Shown here in pieces: positions 19,602 through 28,967 of a DNA stretch of 64,000 nt (positions within the stretch are counted from its first letter, which is position 1; each line of letters begins with the position of its first letter). The position numbers and the translations under genes were made by a program. A model generated the notes under the pieces. That model saw nothing but the letters and a program-made list of their open reading frames with translations, made no database searches and was not told the origin of the DNA. This DNA comes from an uncultured delta proteobacterium (lineage in GTDB: Bacteria > Desulfobacterota > Binatia > UBA9968), in the NCBI GenBank assembly GCA_963727625.1, contig CAVSHR010000004.1:1536001-1600000 (forward strand). Reading direction: 5' to 3'.

Positions 19602-19724
19602 GCTTAGGGGCTTCGGAATCGGAATAACTAATTCCAGAGAAAGAGCGGAAGTCAGGGTTAATCAAAGCTTAGGAATTTTAAGATGAACACAAAGGCTTTG
19701 GCGAGCGCCCGGTACCCTAAGTAG

Positions 19725-20078
19725 TCAAGACAACAATTTGCGCAGCGATTCGAGATCTTTTCTGAGCTTTAACAGCGCGGTTTTATATTTCTGCTCGGAA
19801 AGCGGCAGCTTCAGCTGATCTTTGTCTTCTTTTTTTATTTCTTTCAATTTGCGGCGCGCGCCTTCGATCGTAAACCCGTCGGTGTAGAGTAGCCGCTTGA
19901 TGTCGAGCAACAGCTCAACATCTCCCTTTTTATACAGCCGGTGCTTGGAAGGTGCTTTGGCCGGCCGAAGCAAATCGAATTCCGTCTCCCAGTAGCGCAA
20001 GACGTAAGGCTCGACCCCGACAATCTCGCTGACTTCGCCGATCTTGAAATAGATCTTTTCCGGCAGTCGAGCAGGCAT
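19725..20078 (-). CDS. MerR-family transcriptional regulator (ihfA-linked)
   Basis: YFKIGEVS...YVLRYWETEF...HRLY; conserved position after ihfA. Confidence 0.93.
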   Translation of the reverse strand: MPARLPEKIYFKIGEVSEIVGVEPYVLRYWETEFDLLRPAKAPSKHRLYKKGDVELLLDIKRLLYTDGFTIEGARRKLKEIKKEDKDQLKLPLSEQKYKTALLKLRKDLESLRKLLS

Positions 20079-20087
20079 GACCCGTCC

Positions 20088-20411
20088 CTATTCGGACGCG
20101 GAGGATGTCGGTGAAGGAGCGGCAGTATTGGCGGCCATTGTGTTCAGGCTCTTCTTCATGATTTGGCTGGCCTTGAAGGTCAGCACTTTACGCCCCACGA
20201 TAATGATCTCGTCGCCGGTCTGCGGGTTGCGGCCTTTGCGCGGCCGCTTGGTGTTGACGACAAAATTCCCAAACCCGGAGATTTTTACTTTCTCGCCGCG
20301 TTCTAAACAGCCTTTGATAATATCAAACGTGGCTTCGACGACATCAGTAGCGTCCTTTTTTGAGAACCCGACCTTTTCATAGATTCGGGTGATGATTTCC
20401 GCTTTCGTCAT
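20088..20411 (-). CDS. ihfA: Integration host factor subunit alpha
   Basis: MTKAEI...VKISGFGNF...KGRNPQTG; follows pheT. Confidence 0.95.
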   Translation of the reverse strand: MTKAEIITRIYEKVGFSKKDATDVVEATFDIIKGCLERGEKVKISGFGNFVVNTKRPRKGRNPQTGDEIIIVGRKVLTFKASQIMKKSLNTMAANTAAPSPTSSASE

Positions 20412-20444
20412 GTTACACCTCTTCCCTTTGGGCGGCAGCGATGT

Positions 20445-22529
20445 TTAGCTGCGCCGCGCAGCGCCAAATGTCTCTCCTAGCCGTTCAACCAATCTCCGGT
20501 GTAGCTCATTGATCTCCGCATCCGTAAGCGTTCTATCCTCGGCTCGATAGGAAACTTTGTACGCGAGGCTCTTCTTGCCGTCGGGAACCGGCGCGCCAAC
20601 ATACTCGTCGAAAACTTCGACATGCTCGATCCGCGATTCGCCGAGATTTTGAATCCAACCGATTACTCGTTGCGAGGCAAAGTCGCGATCAACCACTAAT
20701 GCGACATCCCGCTCGACGGCTGGGAATCGTGGAAGTGCATGGACCGCGATTTGCCGCGGAGCATACTCAAGCAGTTTCTCGAAGTCAAGTTCGAATGCGA
20801 AAAGCGCCGGCAGCTCAAGTTGATCGATAACATCCGGATGCAACTGGCCGGCGTAGCCGAGCGGAGCATCGCGCCAAAGCAAATTGGCCGACTTGCCCGG
20901 ATGCAAAAATCCGGCATTCGCCGGCAACCAAACCACCGACTCGCTCAATCGAAAACACTCTAGAACCGCTTCGACCAAACCTTTGCATTCCAAAAAATCG
21001 AAAGGCCTCACCTCGGCGCGGCGCAAGCCGTGACGCGGGCGCGGCCCGTACATCAATCCCGCGATACACTGTCGCTCGACCGTTTCATTGTCGGCGGTTA
21101 GAGAAAATACTTTGCCGAGATGAAAGGCATGACTGCTGCGCACTTTGTAAGCAAGATTGAGCCGTAAGTCGTCGATCAATCCCGGCAGCAAACTATGGCG
21201 CATTTCGGCATTTTCTTTCGTCAATGGATTAAGCAGCGAAACCGTCACGGGGGTATCCTGCCAGACCCCGGGAAAGCTCCAGTTCATACTTTCCCCTATA
21301 AATGGCAGGTTGATCACTTCGGTCAAGCCTTCACCAGTCAGTAGAGAACGGAGTTTTCGTTCCCAGGCCAAACGCGGGTCGTTGTGGCCACCCGAGCTTC
21401 GGACCAGCGGCAGGGTACTGGGAATGCGATCGTAACCCTGCAGGCGGGCCAATTCCTCGATCACATCCACCTCGCGAGCGATGTCCGGACGGAAAGACGG
21501 CGGCACTACCGTGAGCACCCGACGGCGCGGTTGTTGTTTCGTTTTCATCCCGAGAGCACCTAGCAGTTTTGCCGCCGTTTTGCGCTCAAGCTTCAAACCG
21601 AGCAATTTCTCGATGCGCTCTTCGCGCAGCAAAATCGTCGGCTGATTCGTTCTACCGGGAAAGCGGTCGGAAACTCCGGCCTCGGCGCGCCCGCCAGCGA
21701 CCTCGCGAAGCAAGTAAACCGCACGGTTCAATGCCGCGATGGTCCCCTCCGGGTCGACGCCACGCTCGAAGCGATGCGAAGCTTCGCTGTGCATAGCGAG
21801 TCGTTTGGCGGTGCTGCGAATTGACCCCGGCGCAAAATTCGCGCTTTCAAGCAGCACCGAACGGGTTGAGTCACATACCTCGGAATCGATTCCGCCCATA
21901 ACGCCGGCGAGAGCCACCGGGTCAGCACCGTCGCAAATTAAAAGATCAGTGGCTTGTAAGCGCCTTTCCACCCCGTCGAGGGTGGTAAATTTTTCTACCC
22001 TCCCGGCTGGCCTGACGACGATTTTTTTCTTCACCAACCGATCTAAGTCGAACGCATGAAGCGGCTGACCGGTCTCGAGCATGACGTAATTGGTCACGTC
22101 GACGACGTTGTTAATCGAGCGAATACCGCAGGCCTCGAGCCGGGAGCGCATCCAGATCGGAGCCGGCGCAATCGTCACGTCGTCGACGATGCGCGCCGAA
22201 TAGCGGGCGCAGGCCTGCGGATCTTCGATCGAGATCGTAATCCGTTTATCGAGCTTGGCATTTTTCCCGTGCGGGCTCATCGGCGGCGATTTCATGCTGC
22301 CACCGGCAAGCGCGACAACCTCGCGGGCAATGCCGGCGATACCGAGGCAATCGCCGCGATTGGGAGTAACGCCGATCTCCAACAACCAGTCTTCTCCATC
22401 GCTCTCTAACCCGGCCATTGGAGCGATCGATTCGACCTCAAGACCCGCCATCGTCAACGTCGCCGCGAGCGCCGCGGGCTCGAGGTTAAAATCGACCGAC
22501 TCTTTAAGCCAATTGAACGTAACCTTCAT
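20445..22529 (-). CDS. pheT: Phenylalanyl-tRNA synthetase beta subunit, short form lacking the B2 OB domain
   Basis: TPNRGDCL, NNVVDVTNYV, RFERGVDP, EELARLQGYD, C-terminal FDX-ACB domain (DRTLTDAEI). Confidence 0.97.
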   Translation of the reverse strand: MKVTFNWLKESVDFNLEPAALAATLTMAGLEVESIAPMAGLESDGEDWLLEIGVTPNRGDCLGIAGIAREVVALAGGSMKSPPMSPHGKNAKLDKRITISIEDPQACARYSARIVDDVTIAPAPIWMRSRLEACGIRSINNVVDVTNYVMLETGQPLHAFDLDRLVKKKIVVRPAGRVEKFTTLDGVERRLQATDLLICDGADPVALAGVMGGIDSEVCDSTRSVLLESANFAPGSIRSTAKRLAMHSEASHRFERGVDPEGTIAALNRAVYLLREVAGGRAEAGVSDRFPGRTNQPTILLREERIEKLLGLKLERKTAAKLLGALGMKTKQQPRRRVLTVVPPSFRPDIAREVDVIEELARLQGYDRIPSTLPLVRSSGGHNDPRLAWERKLRSLLTGEGLTEVINLPFIGESMNWSFPGVWQDTPVTVSLLNPLTKENAEMRHSLLPGLIDDLRLNLAYKVRSSHAFHLGKVFSLTADNETVERQCIAGLMYGPRPRHGLRRAEVRPFDFLECKGLVEAVLECFRLSESVVWLPANAGFLHPGKSANLLWRDAPLGYAGQLHPDVIDQLELPALFAFELDFEKLLEYAPRQIAVHALPRFPAVERDVALVVDRDFASQRVIGWIQNLGESRIEHVEVFDEYVGAPVPDGKKSLAYKVSYRAEDRTLTDAEINELHRRLVERLGETFGAARRS

Positions 22530-22544
22530 TTGATTAGGATCGTG

Positions 22545-22602
22545 GACTGACGGTGTGATGGAGGATTTGCCTTAAACACCTACTCCACCACTCCATTCTC
22601 TC
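22545..22602. repeat. Degenerate REP-like intergenic element (GTGATGGAG / ACTCCACCACTCCA)
   Basis: Imperfect inverted arms built from short repeated units between pheS and pheT. Confidence 0.35.
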
Positions 22603-22606
22603 GCGT

Positions 22607-23647
22607 CTAGCAAAACTGTTTCAGAAACCTCAGATCATTTTGAAAAAATAACCGAATATCATCGATGCCGTACTTGAGCATGGCGATGCGCTCCACTCCC
22701 ATGCCAAACGCGAAACCGGACACATGCTCCGGGTCGTAGCCGACGAATTGGAAAACCGCCGGATCGATCATGCCGGCGCCAAGGATTTCCAACCAGCCGG
22801 TAGCCTTGCATACGCGGCAGGTTTGACCCGACTTGTTGGTTCCGCTGCCGCCGCAGATTACGCATTGGATATCGATTTCAGCACTTGGCTCGGTGAACGG
22901 GAAAAAGCTCGGCCGAAATCGCACGGCGAGTTCCCGGCCGAAAATTTGCCGTAAAAAAAGCGTCAATACGCCCTTGAGATCCGAGAACGCGATAGCGCAG
23001 TCGACCATGAATCCTTCGACCTGATGAAACATCGGCGAATGGGTCGCATCGTCGTCGTGGCGATAGACCGCGCCCGGCACAATCACTTGCAGCGGTGGTT
23101 TGCGGCTTTCCATAGTGCGGATCTGCACCGGCGAGGTATGGGTCCGCAGTAGCCGGTTATTGGCAACGAAGAAGGTATCTTGCATATCGCGCGCAGGATG
23201 GTCCTTCGGGATGTTAAGCGCTTCGAAGTTATGGTAATCGTCTTCGATATCCGGACCGCGCGCGATCTCGAAGCCCATGCCCAAAAAAATATCGACGATC
23301 TCGTCGATCACCAGAGTCAGCGGGTGGTAACTGCCGCGCCCCCAGCGCGCGCCGGGAAGCGTGACGTCGATGCGCTCGTCTAGCAGGCTCTGGGCTTTCG
23401 CCCGTCGCTTGACCGCGACGAACCGTTCGTCCAGACGCTCGTCAATCAGACGCTTCAGCTGGTTTAATTGTTCGCCGACCCGCGGACGCTCTCCTACAGG
23501 CAAGTCTTTGAGGCCGCGCAGTAGGAGGGTGATCCTCCCACTGCGTCCCAGTATTTCAACTCGTATCTGCTCGAGATCCTTTTCCGAGTTGGATTGTTGG
23601 ATGCGAGCCAAAACCTCTCCTTGGAGAGATTCCAGGGAATCGTTCAT
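22607..23647 (-). CDS. pheS: Phenylalanyl-tRNA synthetase alpha subunit
   Basis: HPARDMQDTF, LLRTHTSPVQ, FFPFTEPS, GFAFGMGVER. Confidence 0.98.
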   Translation of the reverse strand: MNDSLESLQGEVLARIQQSNSEKDLEQIRVEILGRSGRITLLLRGLKDLPVGERPRVGEQLNQLKRLIDERLDERFVAVKRRAKAQSLLDERIDVTLPGARWGRGSYHPLTLVIDEIVDIFLGMGFEIARGPDIEDDYHNFEALNIPKDHPARDMQDTFFVANNRLLRTHTSPVQIRTMESRKPPLQVIVPGAVYRHDDDATHSPMFHQVEGFMVDCAIAFSDLKGVLTLFLRQIFGRELAVRFRPSFFPFTEPSAEIDIQCVICGGSGTNKSGQTCRVCKATGWLEILGAGMIDPAVFQFVGYDPEHVSGFAFGMGVERIAMLKYGIDDIRLFFQNDLRFLKQFC

Positions 23648-23669
23648 TGCTTAAAGGCTCAGGAGACGC

Positions 23670-24029
23670 TTAAGCGCTAAGGTGAGACTTTGCCGCCTGG
23701 GCCAACTGCCCGAAACCCGCCATGTCGGTCATGGCTATTTGCGCGAGGACCTTGCGGTCCAATTCGACTCCTGCTTGTTTTAGCCCTTTGATCAACTGGC
23801 TATAAGAGATCCCGTTAATTTTCGCCGCCGCGCCGATGCGCGTGATCCATAACCCGCGAAAAGTTCTCTTCTTGACCCGCCGGTCGCGGTACGCGAACAT
23901 CCCGGCTCGCTCCACGGTCTCCCGCGCCGAGCGGTATAACCGACCCCGGCCGCCGACGTAACCCTTGGCGAGCTTCATGATCTTTTTGCGCCGCTGTCTA
24001 GATTTGCTTCCACCTTTAGCTCTAGGCAC
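23670..24029 (-). CDS. rplT: 50S ribosomal protein L20
   Basis: [27 protein letters not shown]; GTG start with AAGGAG RBS. Confidence 0.98.
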   Translation of the reverse strand: MPRAKGGSKSRQRRKKIMKLAKGYVGGRGRLYRSARETVERAGMFAYRDRRVKKRTFRGLWITRIGAAAKINGISYSQLIKGLKQAGVELDRKVLAQIAMTDMAGFGQLAQAAKSHLSA

Positions 24030-24138
24030 GATAAAACTCCTTTTCTAATTAGTCCCGAATCCTGGGCGCCGCATATAGAGGGTTTGGGGAACCAATCGCC
24101 GATCCCTGATTGTCGCGGTTGCTCACTTTTCGACCCTT

Positions 24139-24336
24139 CTACTTATAGGGTATTAACTGACGAATGTTGCGCGCTTCGACCGCGGAAACCAAGCCCGCCC
24201 TGCGCAGATGCCGTTTGCGCTTCTTGCTTTTGGTCGAGAGGATATGGCTCTTGTATCCCTTGTTACGTTTGATCTTGCCGCTTCCCGTGACGCGAAATCG
24301 CTTCGCGGCAGCTCGGTTGGTTTTAATTTTTGGCAC
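24139..24336 (-). CDS. rpmI: 50S ribosomal protein L35
   Basis: [20 protein letters not shown]. Confidence 0.98.
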   Translation of the reverse strand: MPKIKTNRAAAKRFRVTGSGKIKRNKGYKSHILSTKSKKRKRHLRRAGLVSAVEARNIRQLIPYK

Positions 24337-24379
24337 TTTCTACTCCTCTAAATTATGATCTCTGGCAATCCAATAGATA

Positions 24380-24889
24380 TCATCCCTTCGGGGTCAGCAG
24401 CATCGCCATGTTCCGCCCTTCCAGGCGCGGCTCGATATCGACTTTGGCGATATCTTGTATCTGCGTCACCACGCCCTTGAGCATTTGCCTGCCCAACTCG
24501 GGATGGGTAATTTCCCGTCCGCGGAAGAAAACCGAAACTTTGACCCTTTGCCCTTCCTCGATAAACTTACGGATATTGCGAACCTTATGCTCCACATCGT
24601 GAGCATCGGTGCGCGATCCCATCTTCACTTCTTTGATTTCGACGACCGTGTGTTTGTTTGCTGCGCCGTGGGATTTCTTTTTCTGCTCATAGCGGAACTT
24701 GCCGTAATCCATCATACGACAGACCGGCGGCTGGGCCTCCGCTGCGACTTCCACTAAGTCCAGCTCCTGCGCTTCTACCTGCTTGAGCGCTTCATGCAAC
24801 GGCATGACACCGAGCTGCTCTCCCTTCGGTCCGATGACACGCACTTCACGGGCGCGAATTTGATGATTGATTCTCGCTTCTCTGGCGAT
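24380..24889 (-). CDS. infC: Translation initiation factor IF-3, ATC start codon
   Basis: GGAGGTG SD followed by ATC GCC AGA GAA (IAREARINHQIRAREVRVI), in frame with PPVCRMMDYGKF. Confidence 0.96.
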   Translation of the reverse strand: MAREARINHQIRAREVRVIGPKGEQLGVMPLHEALKQVEAQELDLVEVAAEAQPPVCRMMDYGKFRYEQKKKSHGAANKHTVVEIKEVKMGSRTDAHDVEHKVRNIRKFIEEGQRVKVSVFFRGREITHPELGRQMLKGVVTQIQDIAKVDIEPRLEGRNMAMLLTPKG

Positions 24890-24922
24890 AGGGCACCTCC
24901 ACTCCTCGCGTGATGGTTATTT

Positions 24923-26836
24923 CTATGCTTCTCCCATTTCTTGTGCAACCTCGGCGCGCAGCTTTGCGCTGAAATCGGCCAGCGCCATGGGCGCCAAGCT
25001 TTCACCGCCGCGCCGGCGCGGCGCCAAGGTCTGGGCCGCTACTTCCTTGTCGCCGATCACGATGGCGTAAGGGATTTTAGCCAGCTGGGCTTCGCGGATC
25101 TTGTAGCCGAGCTTTTCGTTGCGTCCGTCCAACTCGACGCGCCACCCCTGGCGGCGCAGCTCTTCGAGCACTTCTCCAGCGTATTTCTTGTGCTCGTCGG
25201 TTACCGTCAGAATTTTTAATTGAACCGGCGCCAGCCACAGCGGAAACGCGCCGGCACAGTGCTCCAGAAGGATCGCAATAAAACGCTCGATGGAGCCGAG
25301 TACCGCCCGATGCAGCATCACCGGCGTACCTTCGCTCCCTTCCGACGTGACGTATTTGAGACCAAAACGCTCGGGCATGGCACAGTCGATCTGCACCGTG
25401 GCGAGGGTCCACGAGCGTTCCAGCACATCGCGGAAATCAAAGCCGATCTTCGGCCCGTAAAATGCGCCTTCTCCCGGCAAAACTTCCACGGAGAATCCCG
25501 ACCGTTCGAGGCAGCGGCGCAGTGCCGCTTCGGCGGCCTCCCAGAGCTCGACGGGGCCGAGAAACTTTTCCGGCCGCGTTTGCAGCGTGACCGCGATGCG
25601 ATCAAAGCCAAATACGTTATAGACCTCTTGGGTCATGGCGACGAATTGCTCCAGCTCGCTATCCAACTGCTCGGGCGTGCAATAAATATGAGCGTCGTCC
25701 TGGGCGAACGACCGCACCCGCGTCAAGCCGGATAGCACGCCGGACGGCTCAAAGCGATGCAGCCGGCTGAAATCGGCGTAACGAATCGGCAAATCGCGAT
25801 AGGAATACTTGCGCGACGCGAAAAGGTAGCAATGCCCCGGACAGTTCATCGGCTTCACGCCGTACTCACCGTCGTGCACGTTCATCAAAAACATGTCATC
25901 GTGAAACGCTTCATAATGCCCCGAAGTTTTCCACAAATCCGTCTTGTAGATCAGCGGCGTCACCACCTCACTGTAGCCGTAACGGCCGTAAAGGCCGCGG
26001 ATGTACTGCACCAGCAGGTTGTAAATGATCGTTCCCTTGGGATGAAAGAACGGCGAGCCCGGCGCGATCGGATGAAGAGAGAACAGATCCAGGGCGGGGC
26101 CGAGACGGCGATGATCGCGCTGTTTCGCTTCTTCGATGCGCTTGAGATAGGCGTCCAAATCTCTACGATTGGCCCACGCCGTCCCGTAAATCCGCTGCAA
26201 CTGTTCGTTTTTCGAGTCGCCGCGCCAATAGGCGCCGGCGATGCTGGTCAGTTTGAAGGCCTTGATCACCGCCGTGCTCGGCACATGGGGACCGCGGCAG
26301 AGGTCCACCCAATCGCCCTGGCGATAAAGGGAAACCGTCTCTTCGGGTATACCTTCAATGATTTGAACTTTGTAATCTTCGCCCATCTTACGGAATAGCT
26401 CGATCGCCTGGCTGCGCGGCAATTCTTCGCGCACGACTTTCATGTCGGTTTTAGCCAATTCTTGCATACGCTTTTCGATGAGCTCTAGATCTTCCGGGGA
26501 AAATGCGCGCTCGCTTTTGAAGTCGTAATAAAACCCGTCTTCGATGGTCGGCCCGATGGTCACTTGTGTCCCCGGAAACAAGCCCTGCACCGCCTGCGCC
26601 ATCAGATGCGCGGTGGAGTGGCGCAAGACATCGAGACCGTCACGGCTTTCCGGCATGACAAACTCCAGCGCGCAATCTTTGTCAAGCACGCTGGCAAGAT
26701 CTACCGCGTGGCCGTCGACTTTGGCGGCGATGGCGGTCTTTTTCACGCCGGCGGACGCGGCAATCTCCTCGACCCTGGCGCCGGGATGAACGTCGACGGC
26801 TTTGCCGTCGACCAAGGTGACGTGAATGCTATCCAT
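24923..26836 (-). CDS. thrS: Threonyl-tRNA synthetase
   Basis: RHSTAHLMAQA, DLCRGPHV, KPMNCPGH, GEGAFYGPK. Confidence 0.98.
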   Translation of the reverse strand: MDSIHVTLVDGKAVDVHPGARVEEIAASAGVKKTAIAAKVDGHAVDLASVLDKDCALEFVMPESRDGLDVLRHSTAHLMAQAVQGLFPGTQVTIGPTIEDGFYYDFKSERAFSPEDLELIEKRMQELAKTDMKVVREELPRSQAIELFRKMGEDYKVQIIEGIPEETVSLYRQGDWVDLCRGPHVPSTAVIKAFKLTSIAGAYWRGDSKNEQLQRIYGTAWANRRDLDAYLKRIEEAKQRDHRRLGPALDLFSLHPIAPGSPFFHPKGTIIYNLLVQYIRGLYGRYGYSEVVTPLIYKTDLWKTSGHYEAFHDDMFLMNVHDGEYGVKPMNCPGHCYLFASRKYSYRDLPIRYADFSRLHRFEPSGVLSGLTRVRSFAQDDAHIYCTPEQLDSELEQFVAMTQEVYNVFGFDRIAVTLQTRPEKFLGPVELWEAAEAALRRCLERSGFSVEVLPGEGAFYGPKIGFDFRDVLERSWTLATVQIDCAMPERFGLKYVTSEGSEGTPVMLHRAVLGSIERFIAILLEHCAGAFPLWLAPVQLKILTVTDEHKKYAGEVLEELRRQGWRVELDGRNEKLGYKIREAQLAKIPYAIVIGDKEVAAQTLAPRRRGGESLAPMALADFSAKLRAEVAQEMGEA

Positions 26837-26853
26837 GCCGGTCGTTCAAAAAA

Positions 26854-26928
26854 TGGTAGGCACGGGCAGGATTGAACTGCCGACCTCTTCCGTGTCAAGG
26901 AAGCGCTCTCCCACTGAGCTACGTGCCT
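26854..26928 (-). tRNA. tRNA-Val (GAC)
   Basis: AGGCACG/CGTGCCT acceptor stem, TAGCTCAGTGGGAGAGC D arm, anticodon loop TTGACAC, GTTCAAT T loop, encoded CCA. Confidence 0.97.
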
Positions 26929-27060
26929 GCGTGAATAAGAATAAAGGGTAGTGAACCAAACCAGTTAACTCAACATCTCTGAAACGCGGCACGGCCGGAC
27001 CTGCCAGACGCTTCTCGGCTAGATCCCGGCAGCCATCGGTATCCTAATGGCAAGAGACCG

Positions 27061-27092
27061 ATTTTATTACCAATTTTTAGCCCCGGTGTCAA
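27061..27092 (-). promoter_or_regulatory. Sigma70-type promoter for the tRNA-Val-thrS operon
   Basis: TTGACA, 17 nt spacer, then TAATAAAAT on the minus strand. Confidence 0.6.
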
Positions 27093-27655
27093 CCTGGGGG
27101 GCTGATGGAAGATGCCCTATTCTGCAGCCAGATCATGCTGCGATAAAGATAATGCAGACCCGACGCGACTGTGGTGATAGCGCTGGCGCCAATAAAAAAA
27201 TCCAACACCGACCCGCTTAGAAGACGCGCGTCATGGAGCATGAGCAACGCAACCGCTAAGGTCAGCAGCTGAAAAGTTGTACTCCATTTGCCGAGCAGAC
27301 TCGGCCTGACCTGCAAGCGCTCCTCGACCAAAACGTAGATGATACAGTAACCCAATACAATCAATGCATCCCGGGCCACGACCACCACGGCCAGCCAAGT
27401 AGGAATCCCTCCGACCGAGGCCAGCATGATGAACGACGACACGACCAGCAACTTGTCCGCGACCGGGTCTAAGTACGCCCCGAGAGCGGTTTGCTGATTC
27501 ATCCAACGCGCCGTAAAACCGTCGAGAAAGTCGGTCAATCCGCCGATGGCGAAAACCACCAGCGCCTCCCAATAAAAATGATAGGCGAGAAATTCAAGGA
27601 AGATCGGAATCGTCAGGATCCGAAAAAGCGTCAGGCAGTTCGGCAGATTCAGCAT
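27089..27655 (-). CDS. CDP-alcohol phosphatidyltransferase (PgsA family)
   Basis: NLPNCLT, TDFLDGFTAR...LGAYLDPVADKLL. Confidence 0.92.
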   Translation of the reverse strand: MLNLPNCLTLFRILTIPIFLEFLAYHFYWEALVVFAIGGLTDFLDGFTARWMNQQTALGAYLDPVADKLLVVSSFIMLASVGGIPTWLAVVVVARDALIVLGYCIIYVLVEERLQVRPSLLGKWSTTFQLLTLAVALLMLHDARLLSGSVLDFFIGASAITTVASGLHYLYRSMIWLQNRASSISPPG

Positions 27656-27662
27656 AGCCGAG

Positions 27663-28967
27663 CTAGGACATTCGTTCGGCGTGAGGTGCGCTCGACTCCA
27701 AGAGCTTACGCATCTGACCGGCCAGCTTAGGCGTGACCATCGCGGTGACGTGAATCAAGTCGCCGTCGTAAAATTCCTCAACAATGCGGCCGCGCTCGCG
27801 CAAGAGCGCGACCAACTCAGCCTGCCCTGAGGTCAAGCAAGCGTGAAACTCTTCCTTTTCCCGATCAAGAATCTTGCCGATGGTTTCCAGAAGCTGGTTT
27901 ACGCCCACCCCACTTAGCGCCGAAATCGGACAGACATCGAGCACATAGTTATTCTTGAGCTGACGCAATGGCGGGCTTGGAGCTAGATCGACTTTGTTGG
28001 GAACCAGCACACTTGGAATCTCTCCAGCGCCGATTTCCTTTAGGACCTCTTCGATCACGCGAATCTGGTCTTCATAGAACGGGTTGGCCATGTCGACCAG
28101 ATGCAGCAACAAGTCGGCCCGGCAGACTTCCTCCAAAGTGCTTTTGAACGCTTCGATCAACGAGTGGGGAATTTTATTGATGAACCCGACCGTATCGACA
28201 ATCATCACTTTATCACCATTGGGCAAGCGCAAAGCGCGCGTGGTCGGATCCAGCGTGGCGAAAAGCTTATCTTCGACGAACACGCCGGCGCGCGTCAGCA
28301 TGTTCATCAGGGTCGATTTTCCCGCGTTGGTGTAGCCCACCAGAGCCACGGTCGCGAAGGGGACCTCGTGGCGTTCTTTGCGCTGCAGCGAGCGTGTGCG
28401 CTCGACGGTCTTGAGCCGCTGTTTGAGGTGGCCGATACGCTCGCGAATGCGCCGTCGATCCACCTCCAGCTGGGTTTCACCGGGGCCCCGCGTGCCGATG
28501 CCACCGCCGAGGCGTGACAAGTGGGTCCATTGCCGGGTCAGCCGCGGCAAGAGGTATTCGAGCTGCGCCAATTCCACTTGCAGCTTGCCTTCGTTGCTGC
28601 GCGCCCGCTGGGCGAAGATATCGAGGATCAATTGGCTGCGGTCAATCACGCGAACTTTGAACGCGTTTTCCAGATTGCGCTGCTGCGCCGGGGTAAGATC
28701 CTCGTCGACGATCACTAAATCGGCGTGGATCCCTTGCAGCGAGCGCTGGATCTCGTCGACCTTGCCGCGCCCGATCAAGGTCGCGGGCGTGATGTTTTTG
28801 ACCTGCTGGGTGTGTTTCTCGAGCACCGTTGCGCCGGCGGTCTCCGCCAATCTCGCGAGCTCCTCCAAACTCAAATCGAGCGGTGCCTTGGGATCGCGCG
28901 ATGGCAAGTCGACGCCGACCAGCACGGCCCGCTCCTTCGGTTGTCGGGTAGAAATTAACTGTTTCAA
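27663..28967 (-). CDS. hflX: GTPase HflX
   Basis: [38 protein letters not shown]. Confidence 0.97.
   Translation of the reverse strand: MKQLISTRQPKERAVLVGVDLPSRDPKAPLDLSLEELARLAETAGATVLEKHTQQVKNITPATLIGRGKVDEIQRSLQGIHADLVIVDEDLTPAQQRNLENAFKVRVIDRSQLILDIFAQRARSNEGKLQVELAQLEYLLPRLTRQWTHLSRLGGGIGTRGPGETQLEVDRRRIRERIGHLKQRLKTVERTRSLQRKERHEVPFATVALVGYTNAGKSTLMNMLTRAGVFVEDKLFATLDPTTRALRLPNGDKVMIVDTVGFINKIPHSLIEAFKSTLEEVCRADLLLHLVDMANPFYEDQIRVIEEVLKEIGAGEIPSVLVPNKVDLAPSPPLRQLKNNYVLDVCPISALSGVGVNQLLETIGKILDREKEEFHACLTSGQAELVALLRERGRIVEEFYDGDLIHVTAMVTPKLAGQMRKLLESSAPHAERMS

Noticed and set aside
19499-19724. tRNA-Pro or att site after ihfA-merR as an island boundary
   Set aside because: No tRNA or direct-repeat att sequence could be found in the gap.
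22800-22870. CxxC...CxxC insert in PheS
   Set aside because: A common zinc-binding insertion in many bacterial PheS proteins.
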